From: Obrimoposthia wandeli
Lineage: Eukaryota
Reading direction: 5' to 3'
DNA: 64,000 bases
NCBI GenBank assembly: GCA_977020255.1
Contig: CDROCS010006174.1
Coordinates: 1 to 64,000, forward strand
Shown: piece by piece, positions 1-8,583 of the stretch
Layout of the letters: the number at the start of each line of letters is the position of its first letter
Position numbering within the stretch: the stretch's first letter is position 1
Program-made: the position numbers and the translations under genes
Notes under the pieces: generated by a model
The model's database searches: none
Seen by the model: the letters and a program-made list of their open reading frames with translations, nothing else
Told to the model about the DNA's origin: nothing

Positions 1-294
1 AAATTGCTTTTTTCTCGATCAGTCTTCTTCAATGGGATATACTTTTTAAAGAATCTAACTATTAAATCAGGAGGACTTAATTTTATCTTATTTGATGTGA
101 ACGTGACTCTAATATTTTGCGAAGACTTATTTCTTACCCTATAAGCTTGGCTTTCTGTAAAGCGGTTAACACTAAATCCAAAGCTTTCTTCTTTTTTCTG
201 CCAGCACCAGCCATTTTTATATATTACTCCTTCAGTATCTCTACTAATAATTTTGTATAGCTTGAGGTACCTTTAATTAACTCTTTTGTGCCTT
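1..294 (-). pseudogene. Fragment of an unknown prophage-associated gene running off the left edge
   Basis: Minus-strand frame KLYKIISRDTEGVIYKNGWCWQKKEESFGFSVNRF...KKTDREKSN is open to position 1 but has no start codon. It is out of frame with ORF 295-693 upstream. Confidence 0.4.
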
Positions 295-693
295 CTAAAT
301 TATTATTATCTTCCAGGGAGTTTGTCTGTTGTCGCTGTAATATAGGCTTCGGGAAACCTCTCCCCAAAGATCTGTAAAATCAACAGGATTTGCTGCCATA
401 TGAAACTTAATTTTATCATCAATATCTTCCTCATTGTGATAAATGTTTTTTAAATGAGACTCACTTTTGATGGAAACTTTTATATATAAACCACATTGAG
501 ATACTTCGTTTAAATCAATATAGCGAACAGATTTAGTTGCTACGCACGCTAGAGCACCTATTTGTTCTTTTATATGATCTGATAGAGGGGTGTTTCTACT
601 AGCTTCTGGAAAGATATAGTGAATTTTTTTTAATATCTTCATCCTCAGGTTTTTACTTTGGAAACAATAAATAAAATTAATCAATAGTTGCAA
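295..693 (-). pseudogene. Hypothetical prophage-remnant ORF, probably the middle fragment of a frameshifted gene
   Basis: ORF track 132 aa in AT-rich DNA. It overlaps ORF 677-901, and an alternative frame (EDNNNLEGTKELIKG) continues past its stop. Confidence 0.4.
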
Positions 694-901
694 AAAATAT
701 AATATTATCAGTCGAAGAGGCTAAATAAGACTCAAGTATTGTATAGTTAAACTCAATACCAAATAAAGTGAACTTGTCTTGATTAGCTATTGTCTTGTAC
801 GCTAGTTTGTAGAGTATTCCTAATAAAATGCTGTATAGAATTATAGCAATTAATAGAATTTTATAATTTCCATTGAACCTCCCTTTAAAGCTATTTCTCA
901 T
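677..901 (-). CDS. Small membrane-anchored hypothetical protein or N-terminal fragment
   Basis: 74 aa with one hydrophobic stretch (ILLIAIILYSILLGILY). The start overlaps the stop of the upstream Zn-ribbon gene. Confidence 0.45.
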   Translation of the reverse strand: MRNSFKGRFNGNYKILLIAIILYSILLGILYKLAYKTIANQDKFTLFGIEFNYTILESYLASSTDNIIFFATID

Positions 902-1208
902 CTTTCTTTTCCTTTTTCTTTTCTTTGTTAACTATAATGTCCTTTGCTACAGAAATTGCATTAAAATGCCTAACGTGATGACAATTTGAACATTGAATAG
1001 AAGCATAGTTGTAAGCAACATTATTTGGAGCATTTATTATAGGGTTTTCTATCACATTTATGATATCAGTGCCTTCCTCATTCTTGTGCGTAAGAAGGTT
1101 TGGTTTGTTTGTTTTACACTCGCTACATGTTGTACTTAGCCCTTTACGTGTTAAAAATTCTTTAAAGTCTTCGAAAGTTATATTGAATGCTGGTTCACTT
1201 GAATTCAT
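891..1208 (-). CDS. Zn-ribbon (two CxxC) hypothetical phage protein
   Basis: CSEC and CSNC motifs. The ATG at 1208 lies 2 nt after the stop of the repressor fragment, suggesting coupling; the ORF track extends it to 1232. Confidence 0.6.
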   Translation of the reverse strand: MNSSEPAFNITFEDFKEFLTRKGLSTTCSECKTNKPNLLTHKNEEGTDIINVIENPIINAPNNVAYNYASIQCSNCHHVRHFNAISVAKDIIVNKEKKKEKKDEK

Positions 1209-1210
1209 TT

Positions 1211-1480
1211 TTATATTCTCTGTCTGGACCACACTATGCGGCCAATTAATTCTATATCTGTTCCATTCAAATGCTTTTTATTAATTTCCTAAGGTTCATA
1301 TATTGTGTTATTAGATGTAACTTTGATAATTCCATCGGGTAATAACTGCAGCCTTTTCACTAATAAACAGTGATCATGTCTTATGACATAAACTCCATCA
1401 CTTAAGCCATTAAAATGTTTATTCACCATTAGCATTCCACCGCTCTTTAATTAGCCATCTATAGATCATGCCCGCGGCAG
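1211..1480 (-). pseudogene. Phage CI-like repressor C-terminal S24 peptidase domain, pseudogene
   Basis: Manual translation: LKSGGMLMVNKHFNGLSDGVYVIRHDHCLLVKRLQLLPDGIIKVTSNNTIYEP*EINKKHLNGTDIELIGRIVWSRQRI*. Contains S24 motifs DGVYVI, LLVKRLQ and IIGRVVW-like end, an internal TAG, and no N-terminal HTH. Absent from the ORF track. Confidence 0.8.
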
Positions 1481-1496
1481 CTAAGCAATGAAGTTG

Positions 1497-2165
1497 TTAC
1501 TTTTCGCCGCAATACATTTGCTTTATTTTTATAAACCATTGCTCAACAGGTTCACTGAAATCTGACACGATGAATGTTTGGCTAGTAGTTATAAGCCATT
1601 GTAAGGTGCCGAAAGCGATAAAGTCAGCATACAAAGGAGTGGGGCCGCCGATAAACTCTGATTTGGTTAAGTAGGCATCTAAAATACTGAGCTTGCTTAA
1701 TAGGCTTGTTTTGGCTGTTTGATAATTTTCTGCTTGTATTAATTCTAAGTTTTCACCGAAAAACTGCTCTCTGGATGTTCTAAAGTAATTTTTATCTTTT
1801 TCCTGCAAACAATCATGAATATCTGCAATGACCATTTTCGCTATATCGCCATGTAAAGAACTTGCCCAAGCGTCAATAAATTTAGCTAAGGTTTTGCCTT
1901 CTGGAGAATTAAATAACGAGGGTGCTAAAGGATACTTTTCTTCTAAATGTTCAACAATATGAAAAGAGTCGTTAATGGCAATGTTGTCATCAACTAACAC
2001 CGGGACCGCTTTAAACTCGCCATGAGGTATTTTTTCTATCTCGGTAAATGCGGTATCAAGGCCAGCAAAGTCTACTTGCTTGTGTAATAAGGCTAAGCGC
2101 ACTCGCCAGCAATAAGGGCTAAATATTAGGTTGTTTTTACCGGCTAATTCATAAAGCTTGATCAT
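1497..2165 (-). CDS. Glutathione S-transferase family protein, beta-etherase (LigE)-like
   Basis: FSPYCWRVRLALLHK, VPVLVD and DSFHIVEHLEEKYP thioredoxin-fold GST N-domain motifs; C-terminal YADFIAFGTLQW. Confidence 0.8.
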   Translation of the reverse strand: MIKLYELAGKNNLIFSPYCWRVRLALLHKQVDFAGLDTAFTEIEKIPHGEFKAVPVLVDDNIAINDSFHIVEHLEEKYPLAPSLFNSPEGKTLAKFIDAWASSLHGDIAKMVIADIHDCLQEKDKNYFRTSREQFFGENLELIQAENYQTAKTSLLSKLSILDAYLTKSEFIGGPTPLYADFIAFGTLQWLITTSQTFIVSDFSEPVEQWFIKIKQMYCGEK

Positions 2166-2538
2166 TTTTAAGTCTCATTGATTAACGTTGTTAGGGGTAT
2201 TTGATTTCATCATTATTTCATCACAAGTTGGCTAGCCGTTTATGTCACTTTTATGTGTATCATGATAATACTTTCAGCTGTAGACCTTGTTAAGCCATTC
2301 AAGCTACATTAAAAACTGATGATTTTCAATTTCTTGAATTCGCTTTTTGCCATAAATTAAGGTGAGTTCTTTTTTACGGAATATTTCAGATTCTCAGTGT
2401 ATAATCGCCATGTTTTTTACTATGATGTATCGAGTCGATAAAGCCATTATTAGCTTTTGAGGACTTTGCCATTGTTGGTGAAATCATCATGATTTATATC
2501 GTTTATAGTTTTTAAAGTACATCGAACAAGGTAATAGT

Positions 2539-3561
2539 GTGTCAAACCAAGTAAAACAGTCAAGCCTAACAAACCCAATTAGTCACCGTCTTTCCATAGC
2601 ACCCATGCTCGATTGGACCGATCGTCATTGCCGCTACTTTTATCGCGTTATGTCTAAGCATACTGTGCTTTATACCGAAATGGTGACGACTGGCGCAATA
2701 CTGCATGGTAAAGGTAATTACTTAACCTATAACGAGCAAGAACATCCGTTGGTGTTACAGCTAGGTGGCAGTGATGTTAAAGCGATGACTGAGTGTGCAA
2801 AAATGGCTGAGCAGCATGGTTATGATGAGATCAACATTAATGTTGGTTGTCCGTCAGACCGTGTGCAAAACGGTAAGTTTGGTGCTTGTTTAATGGCTGA
2901 GCCAGAACTTGTTGCTGATTGTGTGGCGAGTATGCAAAACGCGACGAATATCCCCACCACAGTAAAGTCTCGCATCGGTATTGATGACTTAGACAGCTAT
3001 GAATTTTTACAGCAATTTTTAACCACGGTGAGCGCAGCAGGTTGCCAGCATTTTATTATTCATGCGCGTAAAGCTTGGTTGAGTGGTTTAAGCCCAAAGC
3101 AAAATAGAGATATTCCGCCGTTAGACTACGAAAGAGTGTATCAACTTAAACGAGACTTCCCTAAATTAGAAATCTCAATTAATGGCGGCATAACGACTTT
3201 CGAACAAGCGAATGCGCATATGCAACATATTGATGGCGTAATGATTGGTCGTGAAGTTTACCAAAATCCTTATATGTTGGCTGAAGCTGATAATGCTATT
3301 TGGCAAGCCGGTGTCGAGGTTAAGTCGCGCGAAGCTGTGATGAATGAAATGATCACTTACATCGAGCAGCATGTGGCAAGTGGTGGTCGCGCCTGGCATG
3401 TTGCGAGACATATGTTAGGTTTATGTAATGGTTTAGCTGGCGCTAAGCAATTTCGTCGTTATTTAAGTGAAAACGCGAATGGCCAAGGTGTTGGCGGCGA
3501 AGTGCTAGAGCAAGCTTTTGCTAGGGTAGTACAGCTTAATCCTGATTTAGCGGTTATTTAG
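2539..3561 (+). CDS. dusA: tRNA-dihydrouridine(20/20a) synthase DusA
   Basis: [23 protein letters not shown] and HARKAWL motifs; 340 aa; GTG start. Confidence 0.95.
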   Translation: MSNQVKQSSLTNPISHRLSIAPMLDWTDRHCRYFYRVMSKHTVLYTEMVTTGAILHGKGNYLTYNEQEHPLVLQLGGSDVKAMTECAKMAEQHGYDEININVGCPSDRVQNGKFGACLMAEPELVADCVASMQNATNIPTTVKSRIGIDDLDSYEFLQQFLTTVSAAGCQHFIIHARKAWLSGLSPKQNRDIPPLDYERVYQLKRDFPKLEISINGGITTFEQANAHMQHIDGVMIGREVYQNPYMLAEADNAIWQAGVEVKSREAVMNEMITYIEQHVASGGRAWHVARHMLGLCNGLAGAKQFRRYLSENANGQGVGGEVLEQAFARVVQLNPDLAVI

Positions 3562-3680
3562 CTAACGGCTAGCCGTTTGCCTTAAGTATGGCTTAGCTAG
3601 CCTTAGTTATTCTTTAATGACGGCTAGCTGCGCTGTTTTCTGCTTTTTTACCCTCTGAAATATTGCGTATCACTTTTGTT

Positions 3681-3823
3681 AAAAGTCACTACTAATTAGT
3701 AGATTTAACCACCTGAGCGTAATCTCGTCATTTATTTAATCTTTAGTTCACTTTATGGTGAAATAAATTTCTTTTTAAAACAGCAGTTTAGTGTTTTGTT
3801 CGATCCTTGGCACAACCTTTGTA
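3681..3823 (+). promoter_or_regulatory. sigma54 promoter (-24/-12) with a putative upstream PspF-type enhancer
   Basis: TTGGCACAACCTTTGTA at 3807-3823 has GG at -24 and the GT variant at -12 seen at E. coli pspA/pspG. Enhancer-like ACTACTAATTAGTAGATTTAACCA lies ~110-125 bp upstream. Confidence 0.65.
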
Positions 3824-3895
3824 AGTGTTTATGCAACTTAACTTGTAACAAGTTATAAATTACAGCTGTTTAAACTGCTAAAAAGGAATGATGCA

Positions 3896-3994
3896 ATGCC
3901 AAGCTTGACCATGTTATTTACTTTATTTATGTTACCGGGCGTTTGTATGCTGGCCACTTCATTAATTGTGGCTCGATTAGAACAAGGGAAATAA
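3896..3994 (+). CDS. Unannotated 32-aa single-TM micro-protein MPSLTMLFTLFMLPGVCMLATSLIVARLEQGK
   Basis: AAGGA RBS upstream, ATG 3896, TAA 3992-3994, hydrophobic core, directly downstream of the sigma54 promoter. Confidence 0.6.
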   Translation: MPSLTMLFTLFMLPGVCMLATSLIVARLEQGK

Positions 3995-4081
3995 TATTGC
4001 GTTGCTTACGCTAAACGTTACATGCTTTATCTTTATTGACTCGAGATAGTAAACACTGACCATGGGGTGTTCACAACCTTG

Positions 4082-4262
4082 TTCTTAATCGTGTTTCTAA
4101 TTGTCGCTTCTAAGTGTTGCTTTCAATCATTACTTTCAATGTTAGCTTTCAATGTTATTTTTCAAGCGCAACTCCTAATGTACTCCTCAAACGCAATTTT
4201 CAAATGCACTTCTTAAATGAAACTCTTAAACGTAATTATCAGCAGTAACTCTTAATTATCAC
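4082..4262. repeat. Degenerate tandem array of about 15 units with a 12-13 nt period
   Basis: Repeating YTYYWAA cores, e.g. TTTCAAT-CATTAC-TTTCAAT-GTTAGC-TTTCAAT-GTTATT-TTTCAAG-CGCAAC-TCCTAAT. Confidence 0.55.
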
Positions 4263-4394
4263 TCTATGCCGCTATTGAAAGTTCAACTCGGCTTACTGGG
4301 ATCATTGCCTGAAATATCCCTGTATCTAAATGCTGTACATTGAGCTTGAACTCGGCTAATTTTGCAAGATATTGATGAGTGAGGCTTTTAGATT

Positions 4395-5273
4395 ATGACG
4401 TATTTTCAACAAGTAATTTCCTGTGTCGACTTGCACGCTATCCTTGATAGCAAAGATCTGGTGATATTAGATGCGAGTATTCCGCCTGTGGGTAATATGG
4501 CCGCAGCCAAGCATAGTTGGCCCAAGTATCGTCTGCCAAATGCTCAGCGTTTCGATTTAAATCAAGATTTTTCGGACTTAAGTAGCCATTTACCTCATAC
4601 CATGCCATCTGCTGCGCATTTTGAAGCGGCAGCGAAAAAATTGGGCATTAATCAAGAAAGCCAAATCGTGGTTTACGATGATTTAGGACTATTTTCTGCA
4701 GCACGCGCTTGGTATATGTTCAAAGCGATGGGCCATAAAAATGTTGCGGTACTTGATGGTGGTTTACCACATTGGATGAAGTTAAATAAACCTGTTGCAA
4801 GTAAATCTATTAACTTTAATACAGATAAAGAGCAAGGTTTAGGTAACTTTGTCGCAAAAGAAGACGAAAGCTATTTTTGCGACTGGAACGAAATTGAAGC
4901 GCAAACACGATCAAAAAATAAAGTTATTCTCGATGCACGTGCTAGTCGACGCTTTAAAGGTCTAGATGCCGAACCTCGCGAGGGTGTGCGCAGTGGTCAT
5001 ATGCGTAACGCTAAAAACTTACCTTATAATGGTTTGTTAACCGAGGGGCTGTTGAAGTCACCGGAAGAGCTTGAACAAATTTTCACTAAAATTAATAGCG
5101 GTGATGACGGCATGATCATGAGTTGTGGTTCTGGTGTCACGGCTTGTATTTTGGTTTTAGCTGCTGAGCTATGTGGCCGTAAAAATGTGCAAGTATATGA
5201 CGGTTCATGGAGCGAGTGGGGCTCATTGCCAAATACACGCGTAGAGTCTGACAGCGATAATACTACGACTTAA
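4395..5273 (+). CDS. Two-domain rhodanese / 3-mercaptopyruvate sulfurtransferase (SseA-like)
   Basis: HLPHTMPS, VLDGGL, GHM, active-site CGSGVTAC and YDGSWSEWG motifs. Confidence 0.9.
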   Translation: MTYFQQVISCVDLHAILDSKDLVILDASIPPVGNMAAAKHSWPKYRLPNAQRFDLNQDFSDLSSHLPHTMPSAAHFEAAAKKLGINQESQIVVYDDLGLFSAARAWYMFKAMGHKNVAVLDGGLPHWMKLNKPVASKSINFNTDKEQGLGNFVAKEDESYFCDWNEIEAQTRSKNKVILDARASRRFKGLDAEPREGVRSGHMRNAKNLPYNGLLTEGLLKSPEELEQIFTKINSGDDGMIMSCGSGVTACILVLAAELCGRKNVQVYDGSWSEWGSLPNTRVESDSDNTTT

Positions 5274-5585
5274 GCCTCTTTGAGGTGATTTGCCATGCAC
5301 TTTTGTAAGTTATTGGCAAATCACTGGCAAGTTATTAGCCAAGAATAGCCTGTGTTTCCTCATTACTCATTTAGTATTTCTACTTCTACTCCTAGCTATC
5401 CAACAGCAGTAATTTAGCCATTCAAGCAATAACTCAATCGTAATCTACCAAGCAAGCAGCCATTCAATTAATGACAAGCAGCAATAAAATACCAACCTGA
5501 AACTCATCTTTGATTCAGCCATTTAGTCATTTGGATCTTACGGGGGACTTTTGATTATCTCCGTCTCAGAAAGTCAGCATTACCT

Positions 5586-5733
5586 TTAGTCAATTTCACT
5601 AATTTTAATGGCATTTTTGACTAAAATATAGCTCGACATATTATGTCGTAAAATTCCTTAAAATAACATTTTTCAAAAATACATTTAATTACAAGGTGTT
5701 AAAAAACTATCACGGATTGGCACAGCACTTGTA
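5586..5733 (+). promoter_or_regulatory. PspF enhancer sites plus sigma54 promoter of the psp operon
   Basis: Palindromic TTAGTCAATTTCACTAA (5586-5602) and TAATGGCATTTTTGACTAA, then TTGGCACAGCACTTGTA (5717-5733). Confidence 0.8.
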
Positions 5734-5803
5734 ATAGTAATGTCAGATACCAGCACGATAAGTTAATAATTAACGTCATGCTACCAACATAAGGATATTA
5801 ATA

Positions 5804-6097
5804 ATGAAACTACTACCACGTAAATACGCTTTGAGCACCGTTTTATTATCTTGTACGTTGCTACTTACTTTCAATGCGTCAGCAGAAGAAGTCTCTTTAG
5901 AGAAAAGTTTAGCCGCAACTGTACAGGCACAAGGACAAAAGGCCGTGCGTGATTTATCGGTACAGCTAGCCAATTCAATTAGCGATGAGTTACAGCGTTT
6001 TTCAATGCGCTATACAACAGCGAAAGTACAACATGTAGCTGCCGTTTCAACGCAAACAAAATTACGTCAACAAAAACAATTAACTTCAGAAGATTAA
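5804..6097 (+). CDS. Secreted hypothetical protein, first gene of the psp operon
   Basis: 97 aa, Sec signal ending NASA/EE, AAGGA RBS, 13 nt before pspA. Confidence 0.75.
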   Translation: MKLLPRKYALSTVLLSCTLLLTFNASAEEVSLEKSLAATVQAQGQKAVRDLSVQLANSISDELQRFSMRYTTAKVQHVAAVSTQTKLRQQKQLTSED

Positions 6098-6110
6098 TAG
6101 GGGAAATACC

Positions 6111-6773
6111 ATGGGCATGTTTTCAAGATTTACTGACATTATTAACGCTAACATTAACGCAATGCTAGACAAGGCCGAAGAGCCAGAAAAAATGATCAAG
6201 CTGATCATTCAAGAAATGGAAGAAACGCTAGTTGAAGTTCGTTCAACCGCAGCCAAGCAAATTGCTGAAAAGAAAACGGTGATGCGTAATGTTCGTGATA
6301 TGGAAAAACGTGTCGATAATTGGCAGAAAAAAGCCGAACTTGCACTGAGTAAAGGCCGTGAAGATTTAGCAAAATCAGCGTTAATCGAAAAACAAAATTG
6401 CACACAAAAATTAGTTGAATTTAATGCTGAATTAGCACAGTTAGACGAGTATTTAATGGCTGTTCAACAAGATAGCCAACGTTTGCAAGACAAGTTAACA
6501 GAAGCTAAGCGCAAACAAGAAGCCTTTGCTATGCGTCAACAGTCTGCTGAAGTACGTTTGAAAGTTCGTGAGAAAGCCGCCATTTATAATATAGATGAGG
6601 CGATTAGCAAGTTTGAACGTTACCAGCAAAAAATCGACCGCGTTGAAGCTGAAGTGGAAGCGTACGATATGACCGCTTCAAAAGATTTAGACAGTCAATT
6701 TCGTGAACTAGAGAACGATGAAAATATTGAGCAAGAGCTTGAGCAGTTGAAGAAAAAAGTTGCTAATGGCTAA
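6111..6773 (+). CDS. pspA: Phage shock protein A
   Basis: MGMFSRFTDIINANINAMLDKAEEPEKMIKLIIQEMEETLVEVRS N-terminus; 220-aa coiled coil. Confidence 0.95.
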   Translation: MGMFSRFTDIINANINAMLDKAEEPEKMIKLIIQEMEETLVEVRSTAAKQIAEKKTVMRNVRDMEKRVDNWQKKAELALSKGREDLAKSALIEKQNCTQKLVEFNAELAQLDEYLMAVQQDSQRLQDKLTEAKRKQEAFAMRQQSAEVRLKVREKAAIYNIDEAISKFERYQQKIDRVEAEVEAYDMTASKDLDSQFRELENDENIEQELEQLKKKVANG

Positions 6774-6914
6774 GTCATCGCACGACGTTAATAGGCAGTT
6801 TTATTATAGCTTATCGCGGGTATTATTTTTAAACCCGTGATTAGCGCCTTTACGAGCGTCAAGTTAGTCGTATTTTATGTTTAGAAGTCCAGAGTTGGGT
6901 AATAGGAGTCAGTT

Positions 6915-7127
6915 ATGAGTTTCAATCGCGAGTATTCGGTAAACAAAACGTTAACGAAAGACGTAGTACATAAGAAATTATCAGGTGTGTGTGGTGGTAT
7001 TGCTAAGCATTATAACTTACCTCGCATCGCGGTTAGAGTCGCGGCTATTGTTGCTTTATTAATTTTTCCTGTTGCTACTGGCGTAGCTTATTTAGTCGCT
7101 ACGATGTTAATGCCGACTAAAGCTTAG
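6915..7127 (+). CDS. pspC: PspC domain-containing protein (short, N-terminal domain only)
   Basis: KKLSGVCGGIAKHY and GVAYLVATMLMP PspC motifs; 70 aa. Confidence 0.8.
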   Translation: MSFNREYSVNKTLTKDVVHKKLSGVCGGIAKHYNLPRIAVRVAAIVALLIFPVATGVAYLVATMLMPTKA

Positions 7128-7229
7128 ATGTAATAAATTTTATTTATCAGTAAGTAAGCCTATTTTTGTTGTGCTGCGATTAATAGCTAGGTTCGAACGC
7201 GAAATAGGCCATAGAAGGGGAGAGAAGAT

Positions 7230-7568
7230 ATGTCATTTTTTAAAGCATTATTTTTAGCGATATTTGCCACTATATTTTTAACTTACGTTTTAGGTACTAG
7301 TTTTATCGATTTGCTAAATGTTGACATTTACATGGATGAGAAATTGATTGAACCTTTAAAAGCTATCAGTATCTCAGCTTTGGTGGTTGTTATCTTGGTG
7401 TTGGTTGCTTTAGCAATAGCGATGAGTGTATTTGGTTCATTAATTTTTGTTGCTATGCTGGTGTTAGGTGGTTGCGCTATGCTATTAGTGGGTGTGTTTT
7501 GGCCAATATTTTTAGCCGCTGGTGTTATTTGGTTAATCACTCGAGATAAGAGGGCCGTGCAATATTAA
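7230..7568 (+). CDS. Multi-TM membrane protein (possibly PspG/LiaI-like)
   Basis: 112 aa, highly hydrophobic, ends FWPIFLAAGVIWLITR, strong GGGAGAG RBS. Confidence 0.65.
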   Translation: MSFFKALFLAIFATIFLTYVLGTSFIDLLNVDIYMDEKLIEPLKAISISALVVVILVLVALAIAMSVFGSLIFVAMLVLGGCAMLLVGVFWPIFLAAGVIWLITRDKRAVQY

Positions 7569-7605
7569 TATTTTCTAACGTAATAATAAAAATACAGGAT
7601 GTAAA

Positions 7606-8583
7606 ATGAAGAATAAATTAATGGTGTTAGCATTTTTAGCCGCAATGAGTGCGACCAGTTACGCTGATGTTCAAGCAGTACAAGCCGCATTAGATCTTGA
7701 TAATGCGGAGTTGGCGCAAACAGAGTTTAATGCCTTATCGGCAGCAGAAAAAAATGACATATCTGGGCAAGTACTAAAAGGCCAGTTGTTACTCGTTAAT
7801 GATGAACCTGAAGAGGCTTTTGATTACTTTGAAGCGCTGCAAGAAAAGCATGAAGATAACGTCGATGTTAACTATTACTTGGGCGTAAGCGCGGTGATTA
7901 TGGCGCAAAAAGCCAGTATATTTTCAAAACTGGGTTACGCAAAAGATTTTATTAAAGCGATGGAAAGAACCGTCGTGTTAAAGCCTGATCATCAAGATGC
8001 ACTGAATACCTTGATAGGTTTTCATTTAAATGCCCCGGGTATTGCCGGTGGAGATAGCGATAAAGCGTTAGTTTATGCCAAGCAGTTGCAGCAATATGAT
8101 GCTGAGCAAGGTTACAGTCAAATTGCTAATGTTTATTGGCAAACAGAAAAAGCTGAGTTAGCACAGCAAACGATCACCGATGGCCTGGTAAAATACCCTG
8201 AAAGTGGCACGTTGTATTTCGCTCGTGCGATGGCAAGTATTACGGCTGAAACTTGGGAGCAAGCCAGAGCTGATTTAATTTTTGCTGCTAAATATGCCAA
8301 AGATGATGAAAAGAAAGGTGAAGCTTTGTACCAACAAGGTAAGGTTTCGGTTAAATCTGGTGCAGAAGCTGAATTGGGTATTGATGCCTTAACCCAAGCT
8401 TTGCCTTTAGCGGGCGAACGATACCTGCCATGGGTAAATTACCGCTTAGCACAATTATATTTACAGCAAAAAGATCAAATTAAAGCGAACGAAGTTATCG
8501 CAAAAATTGATATTAGCGAAGATGACGATCTTGAAGATAAAGTTAAAAAGTTAAAGAAAGAACTCAAAAAACTGATGGGTTAA
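7606..8583 (+). CDS. Exported tetratricopeptide-repeat protein
   Basis: Signal peptide, repeated TPR-like helices (YYLG, ALYQQG, YRLAQLY). Confidence 0.75.
   Translation: MKNKLMVLAFLAAMSATSYADVQAVQAALDLDNAELAQTEFNALSAAEKNDISGQVLKGQLLLVNDEPEEAFDYFEALQEKHEDNVDVNYYLGVSAVIMAQKASIFSKLGYAKDFIKAMERTVVLKPDHQDALNTLIGFHLNAPGIAGGDSDKALVYAKQLQQYDAEQGYSQIANVYWQTEKAELAQQTITDGLVKYPESGTLYFARAMASITAETWEQARADLIFAAKYAKDDEKKGEALYQQGKVSVKSGAEAELGIDALTQALPLAGERYLPWVNYRLAQLYLQQKDQIKANEVIAKIDISEDDDLEDKVKKLKKELKKLMG

Noticed and set aside
1060-1284. Plus-strand 74-aa ORF and similar shadow ORFs (e.g. 3175-3411, 5776-5973, 13568-13891, 21456-21695, 29352-29666)
   Set aside because: Antisense or alternate-frame overlaps of well-supported genes with no motifs of their own.
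2166-2620. dusA-associated integrative element
   Set aside because: The dusA 5' end is a known island target, but there is no integrase or duplicated att fragment here, and a core-like GST lies between dusA and the phage remnant.
4082-4262. CRISPR array or CsrB-like RNA
   Set aside because: Units are 12-13 nt with no 30+ nt spacers, no cas genes are present, and there are too few GGA hairpin motifs.
5400-5500. Repeated AGCCATTCAA/CAAGCA words upstream of the psp enhancer
   Set aside because: Only two or three irregular copies, consistent with low-complexity intergenic DNA.
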